Shown in pieces: positions 8,019-17,960 of a stretch of 64,000 nucleotides of DNA. The notes under the pieces are model-generated. The model worked only from the letters and a program-made list of their open reading frames with translations, was not told where the DNA came from and made no database searches. Position numbers and translations under genes: made by a program. How positions within the stretch are numbered: position 1 is the first letter of the stretch; every line of letters starts with the position of its first letter. The stretch is from sequence record NC_061451.1, one strand, 5' to 3'.

Positions 8019-10892
8019 TTAGATTTCGTCAGGTTCCCAACACAGAATAGGACGGCGATACACTTGGAATACGCCAGTAGGCGCGTAGCTTGAGCTAAGG
8101 TATTCTTTAGCGTTCGTACTGAGGCTACGTTCTGACGTAAGCAACTGTTGCCTGTTGTGCGTCCACTGACAACGACCACAAGACTCTGCTTCGATACCCG
8201 CATCTGAATCCCAACCAGGCACGTCGAATGTTTTGTTCCATCCGTTGAAGTGGTGAGTAGACACCGCTCCGTTGCCTGTTGCACACAGCACCATGTACTG
8301 GTAGTCAGACTCGAAGTAGATAGGTACGTTACGGCCTGTAGGGATAGAAGGACCGTTAGCGTTATACGTCAACTGCCAACCAGTACGGTCTGCTGAGCCT
8401 GTAGACATGAACAACGGTCTACGGATAATCATCATGATACCGTTCTGCGTTCCGTTGTCGCTAGTCTTAGTGCAGTACGCATTACAGCGTAGCGCACGGT
8501 CAACAGTGAACAACGTACTGTTGGAGAAGTCAGCATTGTACAGGTTAGCAGCCCACTGAGGTAAGTTAGCAGCTTCTGGTACAATGAAGTGGCGCTCTGC
8601 CAGTTCCAGATCACCGTAGCGGTCATAAGCAAACACGATATACTCATAGCCTGCATCGATCTGAATGTTGTGACCTTGAGAACCCACACCAGTCCACTTC
8701 CAAACAATCTGCCAGTCGTTAGTATCACGTCCAGGCGTATCGTTTATCAGGCCGTACTTGCGTTCGTATATCTGCCATACTCGGGAGCCACCAGTTGCAG
8801 CAAAGTACAAGCTGCCTGGATTAGAGCGGTCACCACCACAACGAGTAAGATGGTCAGGGCCTGCTTCGTTGTAAGCACTGGCTCCGCCTACACCGTCAAA
8901 CATTTCCCAGTTCATCATCAAGTGAGAGGTGCACAACTCATTTGGTCCGCTATCATCCGTTGTCGTAACAAGATATTCGTACTGGTCAGCAAACGGATAG
9001 TAGACAGTCTCTGTTCCTGCCATAGCAACACGACGAACCCAATCGTGTGACTGCACTTTAGGTACAGGGAAGCAAGGGTTAGTCACAGACACGACGAAAC
9101 TTTTAGTCTCGTACATCGGCAGCTTTTTGAAGCGGTTATCACGAATCGTCACCGTGTGCTTCATGCCGTAAGTCTGTGCACCGTCCATACCGCCTAGCAC
9201 TTTGTAGTAGCTGAGATGCGCACTCTTGGTGCTCTCATACAGACCAGTGATACCTAAAGACATTGCGCTGTTGCGGTCAGTACCACAGCAATACTGATTG
9301 CCGTAGCTGTCATACGCGAAGCCCACAGAGAAGTAGCTATCAGGGTCAGACGACTGAGGTCCGTAGTACATCTCAGTAGGCGCATTGCCCTCACCAACAC
9401 CAGGCAGGCCAAAGCAGCAATAGCAACCGCGATACTGATACTGTCCGCCTTCGTACACGCGACGAGAAGCACCGATGCGATACATAGCACCAGCAAGCCC
9501 GCCTTGAGTACGGTTAACGTTCGCCGTGTCATAGGAAACGACATAGACAAAGTGGTCGGCGCCAATCGAGTTCAGGAACGCAGCCATATTAGCAGCATTC
9601 GTCGTGCCTGGCGCAGTACCTTCGGCAGAAACGTGAATGTCATACGCTCTGCGATCTACGAGCACTTGGTCGGACTTGCGAATCTTGTACACGTTGAAGC
9701 CGCGAGAATCTCGGTAGTACACGCCATTCACATACGTGTAACCAACATCGCCTGTGTCAAGCGTGCGCTGATAACCTACGATGTGGCTGAACACGCTACT
9801 ACGCGCTTGCAGACTCGCACCGTTATCGTTCGACCAGTTGACAGATACATCACCCGCAGCCATACGCGCAGCCCAATCATCAGGCTTGTATGGGTAAGTG
9901 GTCACGTCAAAGTTAACGCCATACGCACTGCCTATTTCTACGCAGCACGGGTCACGATAGATGATCTCTGGGTCAAGAATAACATCGTCAGGAATATCGA
10001 CTTGACCACAGTACATCTGACGCCACACACCAGCTTGACCGCCGATAGAACCCGGGCCAGCAGCACCTGCTCCAGAGTTAAACTGGTAAGCAGCAGACGC
10101 ACGATAGTTCTTTTGGTTGCTTAACTGTGGAACGTTCAGCCAGCCTACGTGGTCACCAAAAGCATTGATGGACTTAGAACGCGCAGCCTGAGTAGCTACA
10201 ACGTTAGCAGCACCATTGCTTGTGATACCAAGCGGACTAAAGATAGCGTTGAAGTTAACGTTACCCTCGTACGGTCCTTTCTGGAGTACAATCAGGCTAA
10301 CGCCGTTACGATGCGCTTCACGCAAGGCATTGAGCATTGCAGTAGGCATCGACTGTCCGCTAGAAGATAGCAGCAGCATAACGCAGGACCATTGCTGGAA
10401 ATACTTATAGGTTCCGTCGTAACCGTAAGCACCAGCATTGATTTCATCCCACGTATGAGACAGCATGTCCAGAGGCATACGCTCAAGATAATGAACAAGC
10501 TGTCCCCATGACTCCATTGCAGACTCATCATCCACAGAAGCACCATCACTAATGACCAGCATCGTCGAGCCAGCAGTGATGTTAGAGTTATAGGCACGCT
10601 CGGTCAGGAACTGGCGCAGCGCACCCATGTTGTTAATTGTGGTATTGCGATAGTTACCCATCCAGCCGTAGCCGTCAGTAACCATTGGACTATCACTGCG
10701 AATGAAGCTACCGTTCATATACACAGAACCGTAACCGCAAACATACGCGAGAGCATGACCATCAACAACAAAGGATGTGTAGCGATTGCTATCAACGCCC
10801 ATCGCATCAACAGCAGCTACGGAGCCATCACCTACACCGCCAGTAAAGACAGGAGTAATGCCTCGTGCATACAAGCAACTTTGTTGCAGCAT
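8019..10892 (-). CDS. Large fibre/receptor-binding protein with an ILEI/GG-type (T4 gp35-like) domain and three C-terminal repeats
   Basis: RGFNVYKI...RAYD...MAAFLNSI...VVSYD...RIGAS...YRGCYCCFG resembles the ILEI domain; three 'W.........Y.Y.V' repeats at the C-terminus. Confidence 0.7.
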   Translation of the reverse strand: MLQQSCLYARGITPVFTGGVGDGSVAAVDAMGVDSNRYTSFVVDGHALAYVCGYGSVYMNGSFIRSDSPMVTDGYGWMGNYRNTTINNMGALRQFLTERAYNSNITAGSTMLVISDGASVDDESAMESWGQLVHYLERMPLDMLSHTWDEINAGAYGYDGTYKYFQQWSCVMLLLSSSGQSMPTAMLNALREAHRNGVSLIVLQKGPYEGNVNFNAIFSPLGITSNGAANVVATQAARSKSINAFGDHVGWLNVPQLSNQKNYRASAAYQFNSGAGAAGPGSIGGQAGVWRQMYCGQVDIPDDVILDPEIIYRDPCCVEIGSAYGVNFDVTTYPYKPDDWAARMAAGDVSVNWSNDNGASLQARSSVFSHIVGYQRTLDTGDVGYTYVNGVYYRDSRGFNVYKIRKSDQVLVDRRAYDIHVSAEGTAPGTTNAANMAAFLNSIGADHFVYVVSYDTANVNRTQGGLAGAMYRIGASRRVYEGGQYQYRGCYCCFGLPGVGEGNAPTEMYYGPQSSDPDSYFSVGFAYDSYGNQYCCGTDRNSAMSLGITGLYESTKSAHLSYYKVLGGMDGAQTYGMKHTVTIRDNRFKKLPMYETKSFVVSVTNPCFPVPKVQSHDWVRRVAMAGTETVYYPFADQYEYLVTTTDDSGPNELCTSHLMMNWEMFDGVGGASAYNEAGPDHLTRCGGDRSNPGSLYFAATGGSRVWQIYERKYGLINDTPGRDTNDWQIVWKWTGVGSQGHNIQIDAGYEYIVFAYDRYGDLELAERHFIVPEAANLPQWAANLYNADFSNSTLFTVDRALRCNAYCTKTSDNGTQNGIMMIIRRPLFMSTGSADRTGWQLTYNANGPSIPTGRNVPIYFESDYQYMVLCATGNGAVSTHHFNGWNKTFDVPGWDSDAGIEAESCGRCQWTHNRQQLLTSERSLSTNAKEYLSSSYAPTGVFQVYRRPILCWEPDEI

Positions 10893-10914
10893 ATTATGTC
10901 CTTAGATCGGCAAG

Positions 10915-10930
10915 AGGGGCCGAAGCCCCT
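10915..10930 (-). terminator. UUCG hairpin between 10936..12957 and 8019..10892 (weak terminator or RNA stabiliser)
   Basis: AGGGGC-TTCG-GCCCCT on the minus strand, no long T-tract. Confidence 0.45.
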
Positions 10931-10935
10931 TCCTG

Positions 10936-12957
10936 TTAGCCAAATACAATCTCAGTGATTGCAAGATACGTCACATCGTTTGAGTCACCACGGTCACCAG
11001 AACCGTAGGCCATCAACCAAATCTCTTCACCTGCAGGGATGTTAGTGTCGAATGTGATACGTTGCAGAACGTTAGCGCTTGAGTAAACACGCTGCGCTGC
11101 ACCAGCACCCGCATAACGTTCGTAGATGGACATGTCGTGCCAGCTACCGTTATTGCCATCAAACACCCAATCAAATGTGATTCGCTTGATAGGTCGAGTG
11201 AAGAAGTTATTCCACTTGAACCAACCATTCGAGCCACCCCAGAAGTTCATATAGCTGCCGTCCCAAACCTTCAGGTTCTCAATGCCGCCACTGACTGTAC
11301 GACCGCCAGTCTGTGTGAATGCATAGCAGTACCATGGGAATGGATCTGAATCAGGTGGCTGTGAGTTACCACCAGCAACTGTGATGCAGCGATACGGAAC
11401 TGTGAAGTCTCTGACGTTAATGTGCGGAGGCTGAATCGGACAGTACACATAGTAAGACCAGTCACACCCAATAGGGCCTGTAACGCGCACTGTGATTTCA
11501 GAACGCAGGACATGCTCAGGGTATTTCCAGAACTCAAGTGTACCGACAGCGCCTGCTACGACAATCGACGTATCAAGCAGATTCATATCACGGTCAAACA
11601 CCTCGAACTTGGTATCGAATGAGTTAGCAACGCATACGACCAGCTCTGCTCGGATATCTGTCTGTGTGCCTAACGCAAAATTATCTTCTGTGGTTGGATG
11701 ACCGGCAGAGTAAACGCTGTAGCTTTGGCACGGATGCATGAACTCACGCGCACCACGCTCCGAAGGACAATAAAGGCTGTAGAAGAAGCTGTCGAGTGAC
11801 TCAGCATTTCCAAAGTCTTTAGATACCACGCGCACCATAATGTCACACGCGATGTTCTTAGGGTCAAAGTAGAAATACAGATAACCCTCAAGTGTCTTCG
11901 CATCAAGCGTTGTTGCAATACGTCTACCGTTTTGATACACCTCAATGAAGTCGAGCGTTTCCCAAGAGGTGTAATCAAGGTACATCCAGCCTGCTGTCCA
12001 GCCAACAAAGTGATAATACTCGAACGCGTTAGCATTCTGAATACGCTCTGCAATAGGCCACACTGAGGCATGACACGGAGCTGGGAAGACTGGCGTGCCG
12101 ATATAGTCAGGATTGATAACGTCAGGATAGTTGATAACGTCATACGCAGCTTGACTATCAAGCGCTAACCCACCACGGTCAGAAGGCGCAGAAAGCAGAG
12201 GAGGATAAACCATCATGCTCCAGCCGTAACCTTGAGTTGTGCGCACACGTATCATGATACGCATATCGGCAGCGTCAGGGTCAAACTGGAACTTGATGCG
12301 AGAACGTCCTGTTACTTTGCCGCAAGATGAAGCTACGCGCACGCCCATGTGATAGACGTCAATGCTCGCACCAGCTGGCGCATACGAAGCAAAGTTAACC
12401 TCGACGTAACCTTCAGTTGCAGGCAGCGCATAGATCGTTTCAGTGATAACAGCACCACGACCGTGAGTAGATGCGTAAGGCACGTTGGGGTTAGCATACG
12501 TGCCCAGACCTGCTCTCGATGCTACGCCGACAGGGTCATAAGACTCAAGCGTCTTGATGCCTGGGCGATTGATACTGCGACCAGTTGGAGGTGCTGACGA
12601 GTTGACGACACCGAAGCCTGTACGACCCGCATCAGGCAAGTCGAAGCCTATTGGATAGCCCCCAAGAATCGTGTAGCTCTCACGACCACCACTGCCTATA
12701 CCGTTACCGGAGCCTTTGGTTGTTGACGTAGGGCCGCCGCCACATGCACCTGTTTCAAGATTCGAACAGGGATCATCATACGTAGGGTCAAACGTGTCAT
12801 CGATTAAATGCCAGCGCTTGCCCCACTGATTACGCACGCTGAACTTCTCAGGTGTTAGAGGAGTCCAGTCACCTTCCTTGGTGCGAACGTACATGGGCGT
12901 ATCGACACAATCAAGCCAACCGTTATTCGCAGCATTACGAACGCGAAAACGTGACAT
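10936..12957 (-). CDS. Fibre-tip/receptor-binding protein with three tandem beta-sandwich repeats
   Basis: Three ~90-aa repeats ending in W/F-x-x-x-x-Y-C/P-P (…GWSMMVYPP, …FFYSLYCP, …DWSYYVYCP). Confidence 0.7.
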   Translation of the reverse strand: MSRFRVRNAANNGWLDCVDTPMYVRTKEGDWTPLTPEKFSVRNQWGKRWHLIDDTFDPTYDDPCSNLETGACGGGPTSTTKGSGNGIGSGGRESYTILGGYPIGFDLPDAGRTGFGVVNSSAPPTGRSINRPGIKTLESYDPVGVASRAGLGTYANPNVPYASTHGRGAVITETIYALPATEGYVEVNFASYAPAGASIDVYHMGVRVASSCGKVTGRSRIKFQFDPDAADMRIMIRVRTTQGYGWSMMVYPPLLSAPSDRGGLALDSQAAYDVINYPDVINPDYIGTPVFPAPCHASVWPIAERIQNANAFEYYHFVGWTAGWMYLDYTSWETLDFIEVYQNGRRIATTLDAKTLEGYLYFYFDPKNIACDIMVRVVSKDFGNAESLDSFFYSLYCPSERGAREFMHPCQSYSVYSAGHPTTEDNFALGTQTDIRAELVVCVANSFDTKFEVFDRDMNLLDTSIVVAGAVGTLEFWKYPEHVLRSEITVRVTGPIGCDWSYYVYCPIQPPHINVRDFTVPYRCITVAGGNSQPPDSDPFPWYCYAFTQTGGRTVSGGIENLKVWDGSYMNFWGGSNGWFKWNNFFTRPIKRITFDWVFDGNNGSWHDMSIYERYAGAGAAQRVYSSANVLQRITFDTNIPAGEEIWLMAYGSGDRGDSNDVTYLAITEIVFG

Positions 12958-12968
12958 GTACTATCTCC

Positions 12969-13460
12969 TTACGGTCTGACCCAGATAGCGCCTGCTGGAA
13001 CTTCTTGATCTTGAGCGGGGTCCGTATCTTGTACGAAGACAGCTACCACACCTGGGTTTCCAGGAGCACCAGTCGGGCCTGTAGCGCCAGTAGGACCTGC
13101 TGGACCACGAATACCCACATAGCCTTGCTTGCCTGGCAGACCATCGATACCACGAGGACCAACACAGCCGTCAGTACCGCGTTTACCGTCAGAACCCATC
13201 AGGCCGTCGATACCATCACGACCAGAAGCACCAACGCCACCTTCAGGACCGTAGCCGATGCTGTAGATGGTAGGTAGGCCAGAGATAGCGAGCTTTCCGA
13301 TACTCGGAATATTGATAGACAGCACACCTGTAAGTTGATCGAAGGCGCCTTGTAGCGTTGTTTCGTCTTCGGCAACATCAACAGACACACCGCCTTGAGT
13401 TGCTACTACCTTACCAGACGCATTCGTCTTGAGTAGCGATATATCAACCTTTTCTACCAC
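12969..13460 (-). CDS. Short collagen-like fibre protein
   Basis: FDQLTGVLSI...GLPT domain, Gly-X-Y run containing DGCVGP, ends GAIWVRP. Confidence 0.85.
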   Translation of the reverse strand: MVEKVDISLLKTNASGKVVATQGGVSVDVAEDETTLQGAFDQLTGVLSINIPSIGKLAISGLPTIYSIGYGPEGGVGASGRDGIDGLMGSDGKRGTDGCVGPRGIDGLPGKQGYVGIRGPAGPTGATGPTGAPGNPGVVAVFVQDTDPAQDQEVPAGAIWVRP

Positions 13461-13469
13461 GAGAACTCC

Positions 13470-14102
13470 TTATGGCCATGTGGTGCCTTGATCTTTAGTA
13501 GGGTCCACCCACAGCGTCCCGGCAGCTACTGCTCCAGGCTGAGTGGCGCTAACGATAATTGCAAGACGACCGGAAGGACCTGCAGGACCAGTTGGGCCAG
13601 TAGGACCAGTACCACCAGTAGAGCCAGTAGGACCAGTACCACCGCGAGGACCAGTAGGTCCAGTCGGCCCCATAGGTCCTTCACGACCTTCTCTGCCCGT
13701 AGGGCCAACATTACCGTCACGGCCATCACGACCATCCGGGCCTGGTATGCCTTGCTCGCCATCTGGACCAACAGGGCCTGTACAGCCTGGACCGCCCGTT
13801 GCACCATCACGACCATCACGACCATCTTTTCCGTCTGCACCTGTTTCACCTTTCTGACCTGTACGACCCGCTGGAATATCAGACGCAGTTGGGAAACCTG
13901 AGACTTTGAGACTACTGCCGTTAGCAAAGCGCAGAGTTAACACGCCCGCAGTAGCGTCATACGAGGAATCTGACGTGACCTCTGATGGAGCTTCGGACTC
14001 AGCGCTGTTAACGACAAGTGTGCCGCCAGATGCTCGGACAGGTGTTGCAACAGAACTTATGCCCGCAGCGATTAAACTTGTTTTTACCTTTATCAAACTC
14101 AT
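13470..14102 (-). CDS. Collagen-like fibre protein
   Basis: [15 protein letters not shown]...GFPT domain, long Gly-X-Y run containing PGCTGP, ends GTLWVDP. Confidence 0.85.
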   Translation of the reverse strand: MSLIKVKTSLIAAGISSVATPVRASGGTLVVNSAESEAPSEVTSDSSYDATAGVLTLRFANGSSLKVSGFPTASDIPAGRTGQKGETGADGKDGRDGRDGATGGPGCTGPVGPDGEQGIPGPDGRDGRDGNVGPTGREGREGPMGPTGPTGPRGGTGPTGSTGGTGPTGPTGPAGPSGRLAIIVSATQPGAVAAGTLWVDPTKDQGTTWP

Positions 14103-15538
14103 TACGTCTTCTCCGCCTGAGCAGTCATATCCGTGTTATGAGCCAGAACATCACCAACGAAATAGCAGTCGAAAGGTTCAACGTCTATGTCTACGGTATT
14201 AACGAGTTGGTCTATACGACGACATTCGTATACAGACACAGGACCTTTACGTCCTCTGACTTGCATTCCTTGCTTAACTTCACGAGCAGGAACATAGCGC
14301 CATTGCTTATCATCGTAGATCAGCACAGGATGTTCGTGCGTAAACTTCTGTCCGTTAATGACGAAGTAGTGATCTTCCTGACCGTACTTGAGTGCTCGAA
14401 CAGCAGCATAGACATTCTTACCTTTCAGGCTCGGCGAGGACCATTTACGGAACTCTTTAGGCTGATTGGAGAACGCAGCAAGCATATCGCCTACAGACAA
14501 ACGCTCAACAGGCACAGAGCCTGCGATTGTATGCACGGTAGAGCCGAACACGATACAACCAGATGTTTTACTCACAGGGTTACGTGCAACTACAGTCAGA
14601 GCAGACTTCACAGTGACTGTAGGACGAGATGGTTGCCCCATGTCTGTTACTAAACAACTGATGGTGCCTTTGATTGTACGATCAGCACCGAGACCAAGAC
14701 GCAGATAGAAGTTAACTATGCAAGTGTTAGTCTCTATGGCGTCAAGATTAACGCCCTCAGTTGTTGTGATTGTCCACTTGTACTTGTATGGACCCACACC
14801 GCCACGCGCATTGACAGGCAGATAAGCAAGCGAGGTAAATACGTCAGACCCTTGTACTGTGCGCGTGCCTACCATGTACAGACTAGACACAGAAGCAACA
14901 AGTGGGCTGATAGTAGGAAGAGGAGGTGCTGGCGATACGTTAGCAGTCGGGTACAGCCACACGAACACGTTAGATGCAGTGGGCTGCACATTAGATAGCA
15001 CAGCAGTTTCGATAGGCGCAGGACCCGTAGGACCCGTTGCGCCCGCGATACAGCTTGGACCGTCATTACCTCGTGGGCCGAGTATGCCAGTAGGACCTGT
15101 TGGACCGATAGGACCTGTTGGACCGTCTTTGCCATCAGGACCCGTGTCACCATCAGGGCCAGTAGCACCATCACGGCCAGGCTCACCCGCAGTACCGTTC
15201 AGACCTCTAGCACCCGGGAGACCACCACAACCGTCAGCGCCAGTAGAGCCATCACGACCGTCACGGCCATCACGACCCGCAGCGCCTGGTGCACCTCTCT
15301 TACCTTGCTTACCTGAACCAAACATTGCACTCGTAGGCAGGCCGGGGATATTAACTAAATCCCCATTCTGTTTGATGAGTACGAGCACGCCGTTCTTACT
15401 GTCAAACTTTACGCTTGCGATCTGTGTCGTTGTCAACACATCGGAGGATTCGAATTGAATACCACCAGCAACAGCAACAACGGATTTACCTTCATCGTTG
15501 CCTGTTGTCTCGATTTGCGAAAGTTTTAAGTCTGTCAT
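14102..15538 (-). CDS. Collagen-like fibre protein with a C-terminal Hint (intein-like) domain
   Basis: [10 protein letters not shown]...GLPT domain, Gly-X-Y run, Ig-like middle domain, then C...THEH...[12 protein letters not shown]. Confidence 0.85.
   Translation of the reverse strand: MTDLKLSQIETTGNDEGKSVVAVAGGIQFESSDVLTTTQIASVKFDSKNGVLVLIKQNGDLVNIPGLPTSAMFGSGKQGKRGAPGAAGRDGRDGRDGSTGADGCGGLPGARGLNGTAGEPGRDGATGPDGDTGPDGKDGPTGPIGPTGPTGILGPRGNDGPSCIAGATGPTGPAPIETAVLSNVQPTASNVFVWLYPTANVSPAPPLPTISPLVASVSSLYMVGTRTVQGSDVFTSLAYLPVNARGGVGPYKYKWTITTTEGVNLDAIETNTCIVNFYLRLGLGADRTIKGTISCLVTDMGQPSRPTVTVKSALTVVARNPVSKTSGCIVFGSTVHTIAGSVPVERLSVGDMLAAFSNQPKEFRKWSSPSLKGKNVYAAVRALKYGQEDHYFVINGQKFTHEHPVLIYDDKQWRYVPAREVKQGMQVRGRKGPVSVYECRRIDQLVNTVDIDVEPFDCYFVGDVLAHNTDMTAQAEKT
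14135..14557 (-). other. Hint / mini-intein-like domain (141 aa)
   Basis: Block A Cys (G|CIVFGSTV), block B TxxH (THEH), block [19 protein letters not shown] followed by Thr; no endonuclease insertion. Confidence 0.8.
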
Positions 15539-17874
15539 TTAGGCTCGACCTTAATGCACAAGTTACCAATCAGCTTCGAACCGTAGCTCGTGATCTGAGC
15601 GTTACTGATACGCACCTTAGCGACAATATCAATAAAGCCTTGAGGTTGGTTCTCGGCTAACACAACAAGCATCTGAGTGATACTGACATTCGAATACGCG
15701 ATGATCTCGGTCAGGTTTTCTGTAGAATCAACAACGTTGAAACCACTGCTACCCGTACCTTTTAGACCACGACCGTATTCAGCCTCAGCAAGGCCCGGCG
15801 TCTTGTACGATAGAACGTACTCGATATGCTCTTTGCCGCTGGTGGCTTTGAAGCCAGGACCCAATTGACACTGGAAGTCTGCAACACAGGTAAGCATGAC
15901 ACCTTTCTTGAACTCGATACGCTGCGTAATCGTCAGCTCCTCTGAGTCCTCAACATCTTGGTGGATGTTGTACATGTTCTTAGGGTCAGCTTCTTCTGCG
16001 AGCGCTTGCGTGTTGCTGATGGTGATGTTCGGCCACTCACCACTGATCTTGATGCCTTCACCCTGAATGATTTCAGGAACGAACATAGGCACATCAATAG
16101 GCGAGAGTCCCTGACGCTTGAACATAAAGCCTGTTGGCGTAGGGATAACATCGATGATAACGCCATCAACAGAACTGTCTTTCGAGCCTACAGCCATCAC
16201 GTTTTCGAAGATGGTGATTTCCACCAGCGTGTCTGCTGGGATAGGCGATACAGTCTGCAACGAGTTACCAACAACGGTGAAGTCAGAAGGATGAATCGTC
16301 AGACCACCCATCGTTGCAACAACGTGCGCTTTGTTTAGTGGGCTAGTCGGAAGAATGTATGTATCAGCATCATAAGGAAGACGATACTGAGAAACACGCA
16401 TACGAGTAGACCAGTTGGCGCGTTCTTCATAGCGGGCAACATAGAAAGAATATTTCTGGCCAGAAGGAATTGCCTGCGTTAGCGTAATCTTATTGCCGTT
16501 GTTGATCTTGTAGACTGTGGAGGGCTGCCACGTTGAGCCTACAACACAGAAGACCATATCGGCGCTTTCGATTACTTGGCTACCCAGAGAGAACTGAGTT
16601 GTCTGACCGTCACCTACACCTTCGTACAGCTCAAACAGAACGACATGGCCTTGAGATGGTTCGATACGGAACTGTCTCAGGTCAAGCAGCATCTGCTGTT
16701 CAGGGTAGGATGAAAGCAGCAACTGATCTTCCTGAACGGAGTATGCAGTACGCGGCTGGAGAACGCCTGACGTGCCTACAAACAAATCAGTAGAGCTATC
16801 AAGAATCTCGGTCAGTTGGTAACGCAGAGCATCAGGAGTAGCTGTGGTCACAACAGAACTAAACAGCATCTTGCCTGGGGGTACAAACAGGCTTGCGGTC
16901 GTCTGACGTGAGCCACCAACAGGACCCCAATAAGGTTCGTTGTCTGCGCCACGCATCAATCCCCAAGTGCTTGGCACATCGTTGTTAGCAGGCCACGGGA
17001 TGCCAGCGCTCGGCGTAGTTGGGTTAGTGATTCGACGCCACACAGCGATAGACGTTTGCGCAGACACGAATGGGATAGCGCTGTCCAAGTTGACAAGCTG
17101 CTGGTTGGTGTATTTGAAGTGACGACAAGCGCCTGCACCAGTACCTGCAATAGTCTGCACGAGGACGGTCTCACCTTCTTTGAGAGAAGTAAGACTTGGA
17201 ATCTTAAACGTGTTAGCGTTAATGAAACCAGTAGAGGTAATCTGACCGCTGAACACACGGTCGTGCTCGCTGAAAGCCCAATAGTAAGAGCCTGCACCGT
17301 AGCGCGAAGCCTGACCAGGAGACTTAGAGCCATCGCTGTTGATATGCATGTCCAGCACAGACACAACGTTGAACACGTTATCGTTCAGGCTAGGCAGATT
17401 CTCCAGAGTTGCTACACTCGGGATGGACGTATAATCTGCCATCTCAACAGCAAGAATCTTCTGGACGTCCTGCGTCAAATGGATGAGCAAGCTAACGCGA
17501 GACACAGAGTTTGGAACTGCAATGATAGGCTCTTGCAGAACAACGTGACCGAAAGGACGGTTGTCTTTGAGCATGATCATCAACTCACCCACACGCTTCA
17601 ATTGCTCACCAGCAGCGTAGGTCAGTTTTATATCAAAGATAAAGCGTGCGCTATTCTCAGAGAGAACCTGTACATAGGACAGAGCACCGGAAGCAAGCTC
17701 GTTGCCAAGTAACTGCTCTGGAACCTCAGATGGGTTAGAGCCGATATAGTCACCTGCTTTGAACGAAACTGGCTGCACAGCAATGCCGCCTGCGTTAGCG
17801 TTCGCAACGGCCTGTTCTCCCTGAGGCGTTAAACGCAGAGCGTCAACGTAGATAGATTCATCAGCGGCCATCAA
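15535..17874 (-). CDS. Baseplate-to-fibre attachment protein (tail-collar-fibre-like N-terminus)
   Basis: N-terminal [12 protein letters not shown]...FKAGD resembles P2 gpH-type fibre anchors; four repeated 'GV/T.Q....Y.V....L.L' modules. Confidence 0.65.
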   Translation of the reverse strand: MMAADESIYVDALRLTPQGEQAVANANAGGIAVQPVSFKAGDYIGSNPSEVPEQLLGNELASGALSYVQVLSENSARFIFDIKLTYAAGEQLKRVGELMIMLKDNRPFGHVVLQEPIIAVPNSVSRVSLLIHLTQDVQKILAVEMADYTSIPSVATLENLPSLNDNVFNVVSVLDMHINSDGSKSPGQASRYGAGSYYWAFSEHDRVFSGQITSTGFINANTFKIPSLTSLKEGETVLVQTIAGTGAGACRHFKYTNQQLVNLDSAIPFVSAQTSIAVWRRITNPTTPSAGIPWPANNDVPSTWGLMRGADNEPYWGPVGGSRQTTASLFVPPGKMLFSSVVTTATPDALRYQLTEILDSSTDLFVGTSGVLQPRTAYSVQEDQLLLSSYPEQQMLLDLRQFRIEPSQGHVVLFELYEGVGDGQTTQFSLGSQVIESADMVFCVVGSTWQPSTVYKINNGNKITLTQAIPSGQKYSFYVARYEERANWSTRMRVSQYRLPYDADTYILPTSPLNKAHVVATMGGLTIHPSDFTVVGNSLQTVSPIPADTLVEITIFENVMAVGSKDSSVDGVIIDVIPTPTGFMFKRQGLSPIDVPMFVPEIIQGEGIKISGEWPNITISNTQALAEEADPKNMYNIHQDVEDSEELTITQRIEFKKGVMLTCVADFQCQLGPGFKATSGKEHIEYVLSYKTPGLAEAEYGRGLKGTGSSGFNVVDSTENLTEIIAYSNVSITQMLVVLAENQPQGFIDIVAKVRISNAQITSYGSKLIGNLCIKVEPK

Positions 17875-17901
17875 AAGAACTCCTTGAATATTTACGTTCT
17901 T

Positions 17902-17909
17902 AAATTAGC
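17902..17909 (-). promoter_or_regulatory. Candidate late promoter GCTAATTT
   Basis: Exact motif 27 nt upstream of the 17874 start, just after a terminator. Confidence 0.6.
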
Positions 17910-17915
17910 AATAAA

Positions 17916-17960
17916 CAAAAAGGGAGCCAGGAACACGCAGCTCCAAGCTCCCTTTATTTT
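17916..17960 (-). terminator. Intrinsic terminator after 17961..22487
   Basis: Minus strand AAAGGGAGCT...GGCTCCCTTT followed by TTTGTTT. Confidence 0.65.

Noticed and set aside
13540-15320. Repetitive ggacc/accagt/ccatcacg DNA that could be taken for a CRISPR array or VNTR
   Set aside because: The 9-nt periodicity is explained by collagen Gly-X-Y codons; there is no constant repeat with unique spacers and no cas gene
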